Of a stretch of 64,000 nucleotides of DNA, positions 47,813 through 57,237 are shown one piece after another. The DNA lies in contig JBQPWD010000004.1 of the NCBI GenBank assembly GCA_052246995.1, positions 128,001 through 192,000 on the forward strand, written 5' to 3'. Numbering within the stretch: the first letter of the stretch is position 1; every line of letters starts with the position of its first letter. Below the pieces are notes generated by a model that was not told the DNA's origin, searched no databases, and was given only the letters and a program-made list of their open reading frames with translations. The translations under genes were made by a program, and so were the position numbers. The DNA comes from Candidatus Bathyarchaeota archaeon. Its GTDB lineage: Archaea > Thermoproteota > Bathyarchaeia > Hecatellales > Hecatellaceae.

Positions 47813-48979
47813 ATGGGAAGTATAAAGGATAGAGTTGCGATAATAGGGACAGGAGTTACAAGGTTTGGGGAGTTATGGGAAAAAGACCAAGAAGATTTGC
47901 TTGTAGAGGCTGTTTACGAAGCCGTTAATGAAGCAAATGTAGACCTTAAAAGAGATGTTGAAGCTATATGGGTTGCAAACCAATATCATTTTACAGGAAT
48001 GTCAGGTGCAACTTTTTCAGATTCGCTAAAAGTTTTCGGCAAACCTGTTACAAGAGTTGAAAACTTTTGTGCTTCAGGTATGGATGCTGTTAGAAATGCT
48101 GCTTATGCCGTTGCATCAGGAGTATATGACATTGTAATCGCTTGTGGTGTTGAGAAGATTTTAGATTATGGTGGAAGAGGATTACCCTCAACTGGCGGCG
48201 AACTTCATCCAGTAATGGGTTTATCATCTGCACCTGCAATGTTTGCTTTAGCTGCAAACAGGGCTTTTAAGGTTTGGGGGTGGACTAGGGAGGACCTTGC
48301 ACGAGTTGCTGTTAAAAACCATTATAATGGTGCACGACACCCTAAAGCTCACTTTAGAAGAGAAATAAACATTGAAACAGCTTTAAGAGCACCTATGATA
48401 GCTTACCCATTAGGCTTGTATGACTGTTGTGCAATGTCTGATGGGGCTGCTGCTGTTATTTTAACTAGACCTGAAATAGCTAAAAAATACGTTGGAGATA
48501 ATTATGCAGTAATTAAAGCTTTAGGTATGGCTGTTGAAACCCTAGGGCCATGGTACAGGCCTGGTGAAAGCTTCTTAAGCTTTCCTGCAAATGTGAAGGC
48601 TGCTACTGCAGCATATAAGGAAGCGGGTATAGAAGATCCACGTAAAGAATTAGATTTTGGAATTGTTCATGATTGCTTTACCATTACTGAGCTTATAAAT
48701 TATCAAGATATGAAGTTGTGCAAACTTGGTGAGGCTGCAAGCCTTATACGTGAGGGGGTTACAGCAATAGATGGAGATTTTCCGATAAATCCTGATGGAG
48801 GCTTAAAATGTTTTGGTCACCCTATTGGGGCTACTGGTTGTAGAATGACTGTTGAACTTACAAGACAGGTGCTTGGTAGAGCTGAAGGGTTACAGGTTAA
48901 AAATGCTGAAGCGGGATTTGCTCATAACCTTGGTGGAGCATACACTGTGGCAACAGTACTTATTGTTGGAAGAAGATAA
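47813..48979 (+). CDS. Thiolase (SCP2/archaeal-type acetyl-CoA acetyltransferase)
   Basis: 'RVENFCASG', 'SDGAAA', 'HDCFT', 'GHPIGATG', 'HNLGG'. Confidence 0.92.
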   Translation: MGSIKDRVAIIGTGVTRFGELWEKDQEDLLVEAVYEAVNEANVDLKRDVEAIWVANQYHFTGMSGATFSDSLKVFGKPVTRVENFCASGMDAVRNAAYAVASGVYDIVIACGVEKILDYGGRGLPSTGGELHPVMGLSSAPAMFALAANRAFKVWGWTREDLARVAVKNHYNGARHPKAHFRREINIETALRAPMIAYPLGLYDCCAMSDGAAAVILTRPEIAKKYVGDNYAVIKALGMAVETLGPWYRPGESFLSFPANVKAATAAYKEAGIEDPRKELDFGIVHDCFTITELINYQDMKLCKLGEAASLIREGVTAIDGDFPINPDGGLKCFGHPIGATGCRMTVELTRQVLGRAEGLQVKNAEAGFAHNLGGAYTVATVLIVGRR

Positions 48980-49080
48980 ACTTTTTAATTTAAACCCTAA
49001 TTTTTTATTAGACTTCATCTACGTTATACTTACATGCAGGTTTATTAAATTTTGGCTTAATCTGTGGAGGTTTTAATTTT

Positions 49081-49836
49081 TTGCTTCAACTGGAAGACCT
49101 AACAGTCAGTGTTAATGGTAAGGTTTTGATTAAAGACTTTAGCTTACATATTGAGAAAGGAGAAGTTCATGTGATTTTTGGACCTAACGGTGTTGGTAAA
49201 AGTACAATTGTTTATGCTATTCTTGGCTTTCCAGGTTATAAGATTGTTAAGGGTAGGATTATTTTTAAGGATAAAGATATAACAAACATTCCAACCTATG
49301 AACGTGTAAAAATGGGGATTGGTGTTGCATTTCAACATCCACCAAAAATTAAAGGATTAAAGCTTGTAGACATGGTAAACATCTGTGCCAATAAGATTGG
49401 TGAGGAGGTTGATGAAAACATCTTAAGGCTTGTTGATGAATTAAAAATTCCTAGAGTTTTTCTTCAAAGGGATTTTAATGTTGGCTTTTCTGGTGGGGAA
49501 ATAAAGAAAAATGAGATTTTACAGTTAGTGATTCAAAACCCTGATTTTATAATTCTTGATGAACCTGATTCTGGTGTTGATATTGAAAATATAGGTTTAA
49601 TTGGGGGAATAATAAGCAAACTGCTTGAAAGAAACTTGATACCAAGTTTAAGAAGAAAAGCTGGATTACTAATAACCCATTCTGGGCATATTTTAAGGTT
49701 TGTCAAAGTTGATAGAGCTCATGTTCTACTTAATGGTAGAAAAGCTTGTTCTGGAGAACCTGAAGAAATACTAAAAAACATTATGGAAAGAGGCTATGAA
49801 GAGTGTGTAAAAAAATGCCAGATAGAGGAAAGTTAA
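49081..49836 (+). CDS. sufC: Fe-S assembly ATPase SufC (SmsC type)
   Basis: GPNGVGKS, 'NVGFSGGEIK', 'DEPDSGVD'; C-terminal Cys residues. Confidence 0.93.
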   Translation: MLQLEDLTVSVNGKVLIKDFSLHIEKGEVHVIFGPNGVGKSTIVYAILGFPGYKIVKGRIIFKDKDITNIPTYERVKMGIGVAFQHPPKIKGLKLVDMVNICANKIGEEVDENILRLVDELKIPRVFLQRDFNVGFSGGEIKKNEILQLVIQNPDFIILDEPDSGVDIENIGLIGGIISKLLERNLIPSLRRKAGLLITHSGHILRFVKVDRAHVLLNGRKACSGEPEEILKNIMERGYEECVKKCQIEES

Positions 49837-50978
49837 GGAACAATACGGAAAGTAGAAAAGATGATTCTGCATCCTCGTTAAAGGATATACCTGAGCAGTT
49901 TAAAGATAAACTTAAATCTGTTGGTTTTAGTTTTAATGAGGATGAAAGGTCAGGGTCTTATGTTCAATTTGACCATACACCTCTATTTTCAAGGTCAAAA
50001 ATTGGTGGTGTTGAAGTTTTAAGCATAACTGAAGCTTTAGAAAGGTATGAGGGACTTAAAGATTATTGGTGGAAAGTTTTACCTTCAAATTTGGATGAAT
50101 ATACACGTCTAGCTGATGAAAAGTTAACCCATGGATACTTTATAAGGGTTAAGCCAAAAACGAGAATAATACTTCCAGTTCAAGCATGCCTTTTCATATC
50201 TAAACCTAAAATTTCTCAGCATGTCCACAACATAATAATAGCTGAAGAGGGGTCAGAGCTTCACATAATCACAGGATGCGCCACAGCTACCCATGTAACG
50301 TCAGCTTTGCATGTAGGTGTTTCAGAGTTTTACATTAAAAAAGGTGCAAAAGTAACTTTTACAATGGTTCACAACTGGGGTAAAGAGGTTGAAGTTAGAC
50401 CTAGAACAGGAGTGCTGGTAGAGGATGATTCGTCATTTATAAGTAATTATGTTTGCTTAGGACCTGTAAAAAGTCTTCAAACATATCCTACAGCCTATTG
50501 TGTTGGAGAAAATGGTAAGATAACATTTCAATCTGTACTTTTAGCTTCAGAAAACTCTGTTATGGATGTTGGTTCAAGAGTTTATCTTAAAGCCAGAAAT
50601 AGTAGAGCAAACATAATTTCCAGAGCTGTTGCAAAAGGTTATGGTGAAATTTATGCTAGGGGACATCTTATAGGGGAAAGTTCTGGTGTTAAGGGACATT
50701 TAGAATGTAGAGGAATAATACTTTCAGATACGGCAAAAATTCATGCAATACCTGAGCTTGAAGCAAAAGCTAAAGATGTAAACTTAACACATGAAGCCGC
50801 TGTTGGAAAGATTGCTGAAGAAGAAATACTGTACCTTACAGCTAGGGGATTAACTCCTGACGAAGCCACAACGGTTCTTATAGGCGGGTTTTTAAGACTT
50901 AACCTTGAAGATTTACCTCAAGAGTTAAGATTTGAAGTTTCGGGAATGATGAAAACCCTTATTGAAAAAGCTTTCTAA
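49815..50978 (+). CDS. sufB: Fe-S assembly scaffold SufB/SufD (SmsB type)
   Basis: 'HNIIIAEEGSELHIITGC', 'GHLECRG', 'HEAAVGKI'. Confidence 0.92.
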   Translation: MPDRGKLRNNTESRKDDSASSLKDIPEQFKDKLKSVGFSFNEDERSGSYVQFDHTPLFSRSKIGGVEVLSITEALERYEGLKDYWWKVLPSNLDEYTRLADEKLTHGYFIRVKPKTRIILPVQACLFISKPKISQHVHNIIIAEEGSELHIITGCATATHVTSALHVGVSEFYIKKGAKVTFTMVHNWGKEVEVRPRTGVLVEDDSSFISNYVCLGPVKSLQTYPTAYCVGENGKITFQSVLLASENSVMDVGSRVYLKARNSRANIISRAVAKGYGEIYARGHLIGESSGVKGHLECRGIILSDTAKIHAIPELEAKAKDVNLTHEAAVGKIAEEEILYLTARGLTPDEATTVLIGGFLRLNLEDLPQELRFEVSGMMKTLIEKAF

Positions 50979-50986
50979 AACTTACT

Positions 50987-52447
50987 TTATGTAGTTTGTC
51001 TAAATTTACGTTTCCAATAATCTACAAGCCTTTTTAAAGCCTTTGCAGCTCTATCAGGTGTTGGAAAAACCGGTATACCTTCTTCCACCAGTTTTCTTCT
51101 AAACTTACCAATACTTTTCCACTTCCATCTTTTAAGTTCATCTTCATCAACTTCACCTACACCAACAACCGCAATAACTGGTTTACCATCTCTTTTTAAC
51201 TTTATGATGTCTTTAACATGTTCCCCAGCCCATAAATCCCAAATCTCACCAGGTAAAGGGTCGTCTTCAGTTAGGTTGGCAACATACAAATCAGCTTTAC
51301 AAGCTTCGCCAGCGATTTTTAATAGTTCAAAAGGAGATATTGGAGAATCTTGAAGAATTGAAACATCTATGGGATTTTTAAGCCAATTCCAGATGATTGG
51401 TGCAATTTTTTTAAGTTTTTCTCTAACCTGTAAAGGTAGGTCTGGAAGCTCAAAACCTTCCTCCTCCCATATATCTGCTGAAAGCACGCTTTTACCTCCA
51501 CCACCGCCAGCAATAAAGACTTTTTTACCTGTTACTGGTGGGAGAAAGCTGAAGGCAACAACCTGGTCTACAAGCTCATGAAGAGTTTGAACTTCAACAA
51601 CGTTATATTGTTTAAAAATAGCTCTCCAGATACTCATTGAGCCGGCGATTGAGGCGGTGTGAGATAGAGTTGATAATGTTCCTGCTTTACTTCTACCACC
51701 TTTAAGCACAACAATAGGCTTTCTTCTTGCGGCGTAAGCTAAAGCATCTATAAACTTTTTTCCGTTTTTAACTCCTTCAACATAAAAGGCAATAATTTTT
51801 GTTTTAGGGTCTTGTGCAAAGTAATATAAAAGTTCAGACTCATCTATATCTAACGCGTTACCGTAACTTACAACCTTGGTAAAGCGTAATCCTCTTAAAG
51901 CACCATAACGTACAAACTCGCTTGATGCTCCACCACTCTGAAAAATTCCTCCAACAAAACCTTCCTCTCTTGGAAATTCATAATTGAACGATAAACCAAT
52001 TTTTGGGTTGTAAAGACCCATACAATTTGGACCTAAGATTCTAACACCAAAACTTCTAGCTTTTTTTAATATCTCTTCTTCAAGCTTAATTCCATCTTCC
52101 CTTCCTGTTTCCCTCATTCTAGCGGTAAAAAGATGTAAAAGTTTAACGTTTTTAATGTGGCATTCCTCAAGAAGGCTTAAAACTTTTTCAGCTGAAATAC
52201 AAGAGATAACATAGTCTATACCTAGCTCGGGAACATCTTTAAGCCTCGGGTAAACTTTAAGCCCGAAAATTTCATTAAGATTTGGATTTACTGGAAAAAT
52301 TTTTCCTGGAAAACCATAATCTAGAAGATGACGGGTATAATGGTATCCTGCGGAAGTAGGGTTTAATGAAGCACCAATGATGGCAACAGAACTAGGGTTA
52401 AAAAGCTTGTCAAGCTTATAGAATTTTTCCTCTAAACTTTCCATCAA
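50987..52447 (-). CDS. ADP-forming acyl-CoA synthetase alpha subunit (second paralog)
   Basis: 'IIGAS', 'FPVNP', 'GPNCMG', 'QSGG', 'SHTASIAG', 'NPID'. Confidence 0.9.
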   Translation of the reverse strand: MMESLEEKFYKLDKLFNPSSVAIIGASLNPTSAGYHYTRHLLDYGFPGKIFPVNPNLNEIFGLKVYPRLKDVPELGIDYVISCISAEKVLSLLEECHIKNVKLLHLFTARMRETGREDGIKLEEEILKKARSFGVRILGPNCMGLYNPKIGLSFNYEFPREEGFVGGIFQSGGASSEFVRYGALRGLRFTKVVSYGNALDIDESELLYYFAQDPKTKIIAFYVEGVKNGKKFIDALAYAARRKPIVVLKGGRSKAGTLSTLSHTASIAGSMSIWRAIFKQYNVVEVQTLHELVDQVVAFSFLPPVTGKKVFIAGGGGGKSVLSADIWEEEGFELPDLPLQVREKLKKIAPIIWNWLKNPIDVSILQDSPISPFELLKIAGEACKADLYVANLTEDDPLPGEIWDLWAGEHVKDIIKLKRDGKPVIAVVGVGEVDEDELKRWKWKSIGKFRRKLVEEGIPVFPTPDRAAKALKRLVDYWKRKFRQTT

Positions 52448-52547
52448 AACTACAACCCTATAAAGTGTTTTAGTTCTCTTTTAAAAGCTAATTAACCAGT
52501 GTTTAAAAGTTTTAAGGTTAAAAATGGGTGTTTAAGAACAATAAACT

Positions 52548-53354
52548 TTAGGTTACTGGTGTTCTGTAAAATTTAAGCTTTCCAAATTGCCAGTCACGTA
52601 AAACTGTTTTTGCAGCTTCATCCACATTTACCTCTCCACCCTTAACCAGAAAACCTCTTCTAGCTGCAAGCAGCTCTAAAAATTTGTATGGTTCTTCAGC
52701 CTCAACACCATAAGTTTCCCTTAGTACATTGGGCATTAAGCTTAAAACCTCCTCTAGAAATTTTAAGGCGGGGGTGACTGGGTTTTTAAGTTTTTCGGGA
52801 GGTATAAATCCTCTAACAACAAGCTCATAACTACCTAACTTTTTCGTTAATGGTAGAACTCCAGGAGTATCTACGATGAATAAGTTTTTATCAATTTTTA
52901 CAAGTTTTTCTCCTTTGGTGAAACCTGGTATTGGGGAGGTTTCAGCAACATAGTAACCTTTTAAGCCGTTTATTATTGTTGATTTTCCAACATTAGGGTA
53001 GCCAACCACAGCAACAATCACAAGTTTTTCCTTGACCAGGCTTTTAACGTAATTTTTAAGTTTTCGGATATCATGGATGTTTTTAGCATTAACAGCAACA
53101 ACATTATAACCGTTTAAACAAAAAAAATTAACCCATCTTTCAACAACATCCCTAGGTACAAGGTCAGTTTTACTTAAAACTAGTACAAGCTTTTTACCAA
53201 GACTTTTAGCCAACTTTTCTAATTCTAAGCTTCTAGTATCTAAAGGATTTCTGGAGTCTAAAACTTCCAAAACAATGTTAGCCTTTTCCAAAACCTTTTT
53301 AACCCTAAACCATGTAGCTTTCCCTTTAGTTTTAAGCCTAAACTTTATAGTCAT
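52548..53354 (-). CDS. Circularly permuted ribosome-biogenesis GTPase (RbgA/YlqF/Nog2 family)
   Basis: 'EVLDSRNP', SKTD, GYPNVGKS and DTPG in G4-G1-G3 order. Confidence 0.92.
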   Translation of the reverse strand: MTIKFRLKTKGKATWFRVKKVLEKANIVLEVLDSRNPLDTRSLELEKLAKSLGKKLVLVLSKTDLVPRDVVERWVNFFCLNGYNVVAVNAKNIHDIRKLKNYVKSLVKEKLVIVAVVGYPNVGKSTIINGLKGYYVAETSPIPGFTKGEKLVKIDKNLFIVDTPGVLPLTKKLGSYELVVRGFIPPEKLKNPVTPALKFLEEVLSLMPNVLRETYGVEAEEPYKFLELLAARRGFLVKGGEVNVDEAAKTVLRDWQFGKLKFYRTPVT

Positions 53355-53452
53355 AGTTTATCAACCAGATTTTACCGTTTTATGTAAAAACTTAGAAAAC
53401 GTTTAAAAAGTCAGCATGAATACGGAATCTTTAATTTATGTAAACTTAATGT

Positions 53453-53605
53453 TCAGTAGAGTTTAAATTCATGTCCACATTTTGGACATTTTGCCATGTT
53501 ACATTGCACAAGTGATGGACAACTACCACATGCAAACGTACGTCCATATGAAACATCAAACCTGAAGCCGCAACTTGGACAGGTTAAAAGATTCCGTTTA
53601 CCCAC
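53453..53605 (-). CDS. 50-aa Cys-rich zinc-ribbon microprotein (not in the ORF track)
   Basis: SD GAGGTG then GTG start; MGKRNLLTCPSCGFRFDVSYGRTFACGSCPSLVQCNMAKCPKCGHEFKLY. Confidence 0.8.
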   Translation of the reverse strand: MGKRNLLTCPSCGFRFDVSYGRTFACGSCPSLVQCNMAKCPKCGHEFKLY

Positions 53606-53825
53606 TAATTACACCTCATATTCAGAAATTTTTCTAGTATTTGATGTTAAGATTAGTTTAGATATAAGCTTGACTTTGACTTTTTGACGCTACAAGTTTA
53701 AGGCTACATCAAGGATACCAAGTTTTGCCTATGTTGGAGGTTGTATTTTTATGTATACTCTAATTGTGAAAGTAATCCTTAGAAAAACTTTAAGATATTG
53801 ACACAAGTTAAAAAAAGGTTTAAGT

Positions 53826-54260
53826 TTAAAGTTTAAAGGTTTTACCCATTTCAGGTCCAGGTGTGCAAACCTTATACTCTAAAGGTATTAATGTGTATAC
53901 GGCTCTTGGTTTAATACCTAAAAATTGCATTATAACACTTGAAACTTGGTCAAATAATGGACCAGATGTATGTTTTTCACCTACTTTACACCTAACACTA
54001 TAACCTTTAAAGGTCTTTTTTTGCATGTTACTAATTACAGCAATTGCTGTAGCTGTAAGCCCCTTCTCTTTCATGTATCTTAAACGTTCAGTCTTTCCAC
54101 TGGCAAACAATTCAGCAAAAACAAGTGAGGAGCCGTCAGGTGAAGCTGAAAGTGAACCTACAGGAGATAGGTGACAAACACCATCTTTATCAACTGTTGC
54201 AAGGACTTTAACACTAGTTAAATCGTTAAATGTTTCAACAACTTCTTTTGGAAGAGGCAT
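53826..54260 (-). CDS. Pyridoxamine 5'-phosphate oxidase-like FMN-binding split-barrel protein
   Basis: 'KVLATVDKDG..HLSP', 'SGPLFD'. Confidence 0.8.
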   Translation of the reverse strand: MPLPKEVVETFNDLTSVKVLATVDKDGVCHLSPVGSLSASPDGSSLVFAELFASGKTERLRYMKEKGLTATAIAVISNMQKKTFKGYSVRCKVGEKHTSGPLFDQVSSVIMQFLGIKPRAVYTLIPLEYKVCTPGPEMGKTFKL

Positions 54261-54416
54261 AAGTCATCAAAAGGAAGGTTAAAAGTTTAAGGTTTAAAAG
54301 CTTTGCGAACATGTTAAAATTGGCATAGGGCGTAAAGTTTTGGTTGGCAGTGTTTTAAGGTCTAAGCTTAAATATACTCCATTTTACCTTATTTTTAGGC
54401 TTGATGGAGGATTTGT

Positions 54417-55037
54417 ATGTCATCCGAGTATAACTACCTTATACCTGTAGAAAACCTTATGGTTTCAGGTATTCAAATAGGAACTAGAATTAAGACTAAA
54501 GATATGGAGCCATACATTTATAAGGTTAGGTCGGATGGTTTATTCATTATTGATACAAGAAAAACCGATGAAAGAATTAGAATTGCTGCAAAGTTTTTGT
54601 CAAACTTTCCGCCTGAAAGAATTGTTGTTGTTTCCTTCAGACTTTATGGACAACAACCTGTAAAAAAGTTTTGTGAAGTTACAGGTGCAATACCTATTGT
54701 TGGAAGGTTTCCACCTGGAGCATTTACAAACCCGTTATGTCCAAGCTACGTTGAACCTCAAGTTGTAGTTGTTACCGACCCTGCAGCTGATGAGCAAGCA
54801 TTAATAGAAGCTGCAAAGATTGGTTTGCCTGTTGTAGCTTTATGTGATACTGATAACACGTTTAAAAATATAGATTTGATTATACCTACCAACAATAAGG
54901 GTAGAAAAGCTTTGGCAATGGTTTACTGGCTTTTAGCTCAACAATTTTTAAGGGAAAAAGGGGCTATACCTCCAGATGCAACTTTACAAACTTCTGTTGA
55001 AGAGTTTGAGGCAAAACTTGCATCACCACAAACTTAG
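54417..55037 (+). CDS. rps2: 30S ribosomal protein S2
   Basis: 'GIQIGT', 'GRFPPGAFTNP', 'IPTNNKGRKAL'. Confidence 0.97.
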   Translation: MSSEYNYLIPVENLMVSGIQIGTRIKTKDMEPYIYKVRSDGLFIIDTRKTDERIRIAAKFLSNFPPERIVVVSFRLYGQQPVKKFCEVTGAIPIVGRFPPGAFTNPLCPSYVEPQVVVVTDPAADEQALIEAAKIGLPVVALCDTDNTFKNIDLIIPTNNKGRKALAMVYWLLAQQFLREKGAIPPDATLQTSVEEFEAKLASPQT

Positions 55038-55054
55038 GTTTACATTTTCAGAGG

Positions 55055-55924
55055 TTGAAGTTGTTGAAAGTTAGGCTTCCTAGAAATGCAGGCTCATGGT
55101 ATGCTGGTTCAAGTCAAGCGTTAAAAAGACAAATTGAGGAGGAATGTTTTCTTCATTTTCTTGGTCCTGGAAAAATTCCACGTTTAAACGTTAAAGGTGG
55201 GAGAAGTATTGTTGGGCTGCTTTGTCCTCATGCAGGCTACATGTATTCTGGACCTGTTGCGGCTCACTCATATCATGCTTTAGCTGAGGATGGTAAACCT
55301 AAAACTGTTGTAATTCTAGGTCCAAACCATTATGGTTTTGGTAGTGGAGTTTCAATAATGGTTGAAGGGGTTTGGAGAACCCCTTTTGCTGATGTTGTAA
55401 TAAATTCTCAAATTGCAAGGGATATTCAGGCAGAATCAAGGTATGTAGATATTGATGAGCAGGCGCATCTTTATGAACATTCAATTGAACTTCAACTACC
55501 ATTTTTACAGTATGTGTTAGATGGAGATTTTGACTTTGTTCCAATATCAATGATGCTTCAAGATTTTGAAGTATCTGTTGATGTTGGTAAGGCTATAGGT
55601 AAAGTTTTAAAAAGTAGGATGGTTGATGCGGTTATTATTGCTTCAAGCGACTTAACCCACTATGAAACTCAAAAAAATGCTGAAAAAAAAGATTTAATGG
55701 TTGTTGAATCCATCAAAAAACTTGATGAAAAAGAACTTTATTTCAATGTTGAAAAATACAATATTTCGATGTGTGGGGTAGGGCCAACAGTGGCAATGCT
55801 TACCGCGTCAAAAATTTTAGGTGCAAAAAATGCTAAACTTCTTAAATATGCAACATCAGGAGACGTTACTGGAGATAGGAGTAGTGTTGTAGGTTATTGT
55901 GCAATGAGTATAGTTAAAAGCTAA
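55055..55924 (+). CDS. MEMO1 family protein (AmmeMemoRadiSam protein B)
   Basis: 'AGSWY', 'PHAGYMYSG', 'EHSIELQLPF', 'ASSDLTHY'. Confidence 0.94.
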   Translation: MKLLKVRLPRNAGSWYAGSSQALKRQIEEECFLHFLGPGKIPRLNVKGGRSIVGLLCPHAGYMYSGPVAAHSYHALAEDGKPKTVVILGPNHYGFGSGVSIMVEGVWRTPFADVVINSQIARDIQAESRYVDIDEQAHLYEHSIELQLPFLQYVLDGDFDFVPISMMLQDFEVSVDVGKAIGKVLKSRMVDAVIIASSDLTHYETQKNAEKKDLMVVESIKKLDEKELYFNVEKYNISMCGVGPTVAMLTASKILGAKNAKLLKYATSGDVTGDRSSVVGYCAMSIVKS

Positions 55925-57033
55925 ACTTTAAAACCTCTTCTAGCATATTCTTCAACGTTAAACCCCCTATTTTTAAGCCACTCAAAAGTCTTACCTAAAA
56001 TAACTACAGGTGCTTTTTTAAGCTCATCTACCGACTTTTTACCAGCTAATAGCATTGATGTTTTTAACTCTTCACATATAACTGTAAGATGCCAAACAAC
56101 AGCACTTACACTTTTAAATGCAGGTTTTAAAAGTGGAGAAGCTACACCTGTAAGTTGAGCTCCCAAAGCTAAAGACTTGGCAACATCAACACCACTTCTA
56201 ATTCCACCTGTTGCTATAACAGGTAGCTTAGTAGATTTTACAGTTTCAACCAAGCTTACAGCGGTTGGGATACCCCAATCTAAAAATGTTAAACATAAAG
56301 CTTGTTTAATCTTTTTTTCAACACCTCTAGCCCTATAATACTCTACGGCAGCCCAGCTTATACCTCCTCCACCACCAATATCGATACAATCGACACCTGC
56401 TTCTTCAAGCTTTTTAGCAGTTTCAGCAGAAATACCTGAACCAGTTTCTTTAACAATGATTGGAATGTTAAGAGATTTTTTAAGTTCACTAATTTTTCTA
56501 AAAACACCGTTAAACATAGCTTCCCCCTCAACCTGTAATGCTTCATGAAGAGGATTTAGATGGATGGCTAAAGCGTTTGCATTAACCATTTCAACAATCT
56601 TTAATGCTTCATCAACACCATAACCTTTTACAAGCTGGGCAGCACCAATGTTTGCCGCGATAAAGGTGTTAGGCGCCTTTTCTCTTACAACTTTAAAGGA
56701 TTCTTTAAGTTTAGGGTTTTCTAAAGCTGCTCTTTGGCTTCCAACACCCATTCCTAAACCAAGTTTCTCGGCAGCCTCAGCTAAGTTTGAATTTACCCTT
56801 AAAGCAGCCTTAACTCCACCTGTCATGGCTGCAATAAAAACTGGGAAGGAAAACTTATGACCAAAAAAAACTGTTGAAGTGTCAATTTCTTCCATGTTTA
56901 ATTCAGGTAAAGCTTCATGAACTAGATATACATCTTCAAAACCTGTAGTAAGCTTTTTTGGTTTAATGTCTCTTGTTAAACATATACGTAAATGGTTAAC
57001 TTTTCTTCTGCTTACTTCTTCTGGTTTAGCCAA
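55921..57033 (-). CDS. fni: Type 2 isopentenyl-diphosphate delta-isomerase
   Basis: 'AMTGG', 'GVGSQR', 'HLNPLHE', 'VKETGSG', 'WGIPT'. Confidence 0.96.
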   Translation of the reverse strand: MAKPEEVSRRKVNHLRICLTRDIKPKKLTTGFEDVYLVHEALPELNMEEIDTSTVFFGHKFSFPVFIAAMTGGVKAALRVNSNLAEAAEKLGLGMGVGSQRAALENPKLKESFKVVREKAPNTFIAANIGAAQLVKGYGVDEALKIVEMVNANALAIHLNPLHEALQVEGEAMFNGVFRKISELKKSLNIPIIVKETGSGISAETAKKLEEAGVDCIDIGGGGGISWAAVEYYRARGVEKKIKQALCLTFLDWGIPTAVSLVETVKSTKLPVIATGGIRSGVDVAKSLALGAQLTGVASPLLKPAFKSVSAVVWHLTVICEELKTSMLLAGKKSVDELKKAPVVILGKTFEWLKNRGFNVEEYARRGFKV

Positions 57034-57237
57034 CCTTTTCCTACACCCCTAAAAAATGTTAAAAACTGTTAAAACTAATTATGATGTTACCAGAAGAAAG
57101 TTATATATGCTTTAACTTTCTAAACGGGTGTTAAAAAATTCTTTTATTTTCTTGTTTCCTACTTCTTTTAGGATGTAGAAATGTTGTTAAGACAACTTTA
57201 ACATAACATTATCTATATAATTTTATGGTGTTCTTGA

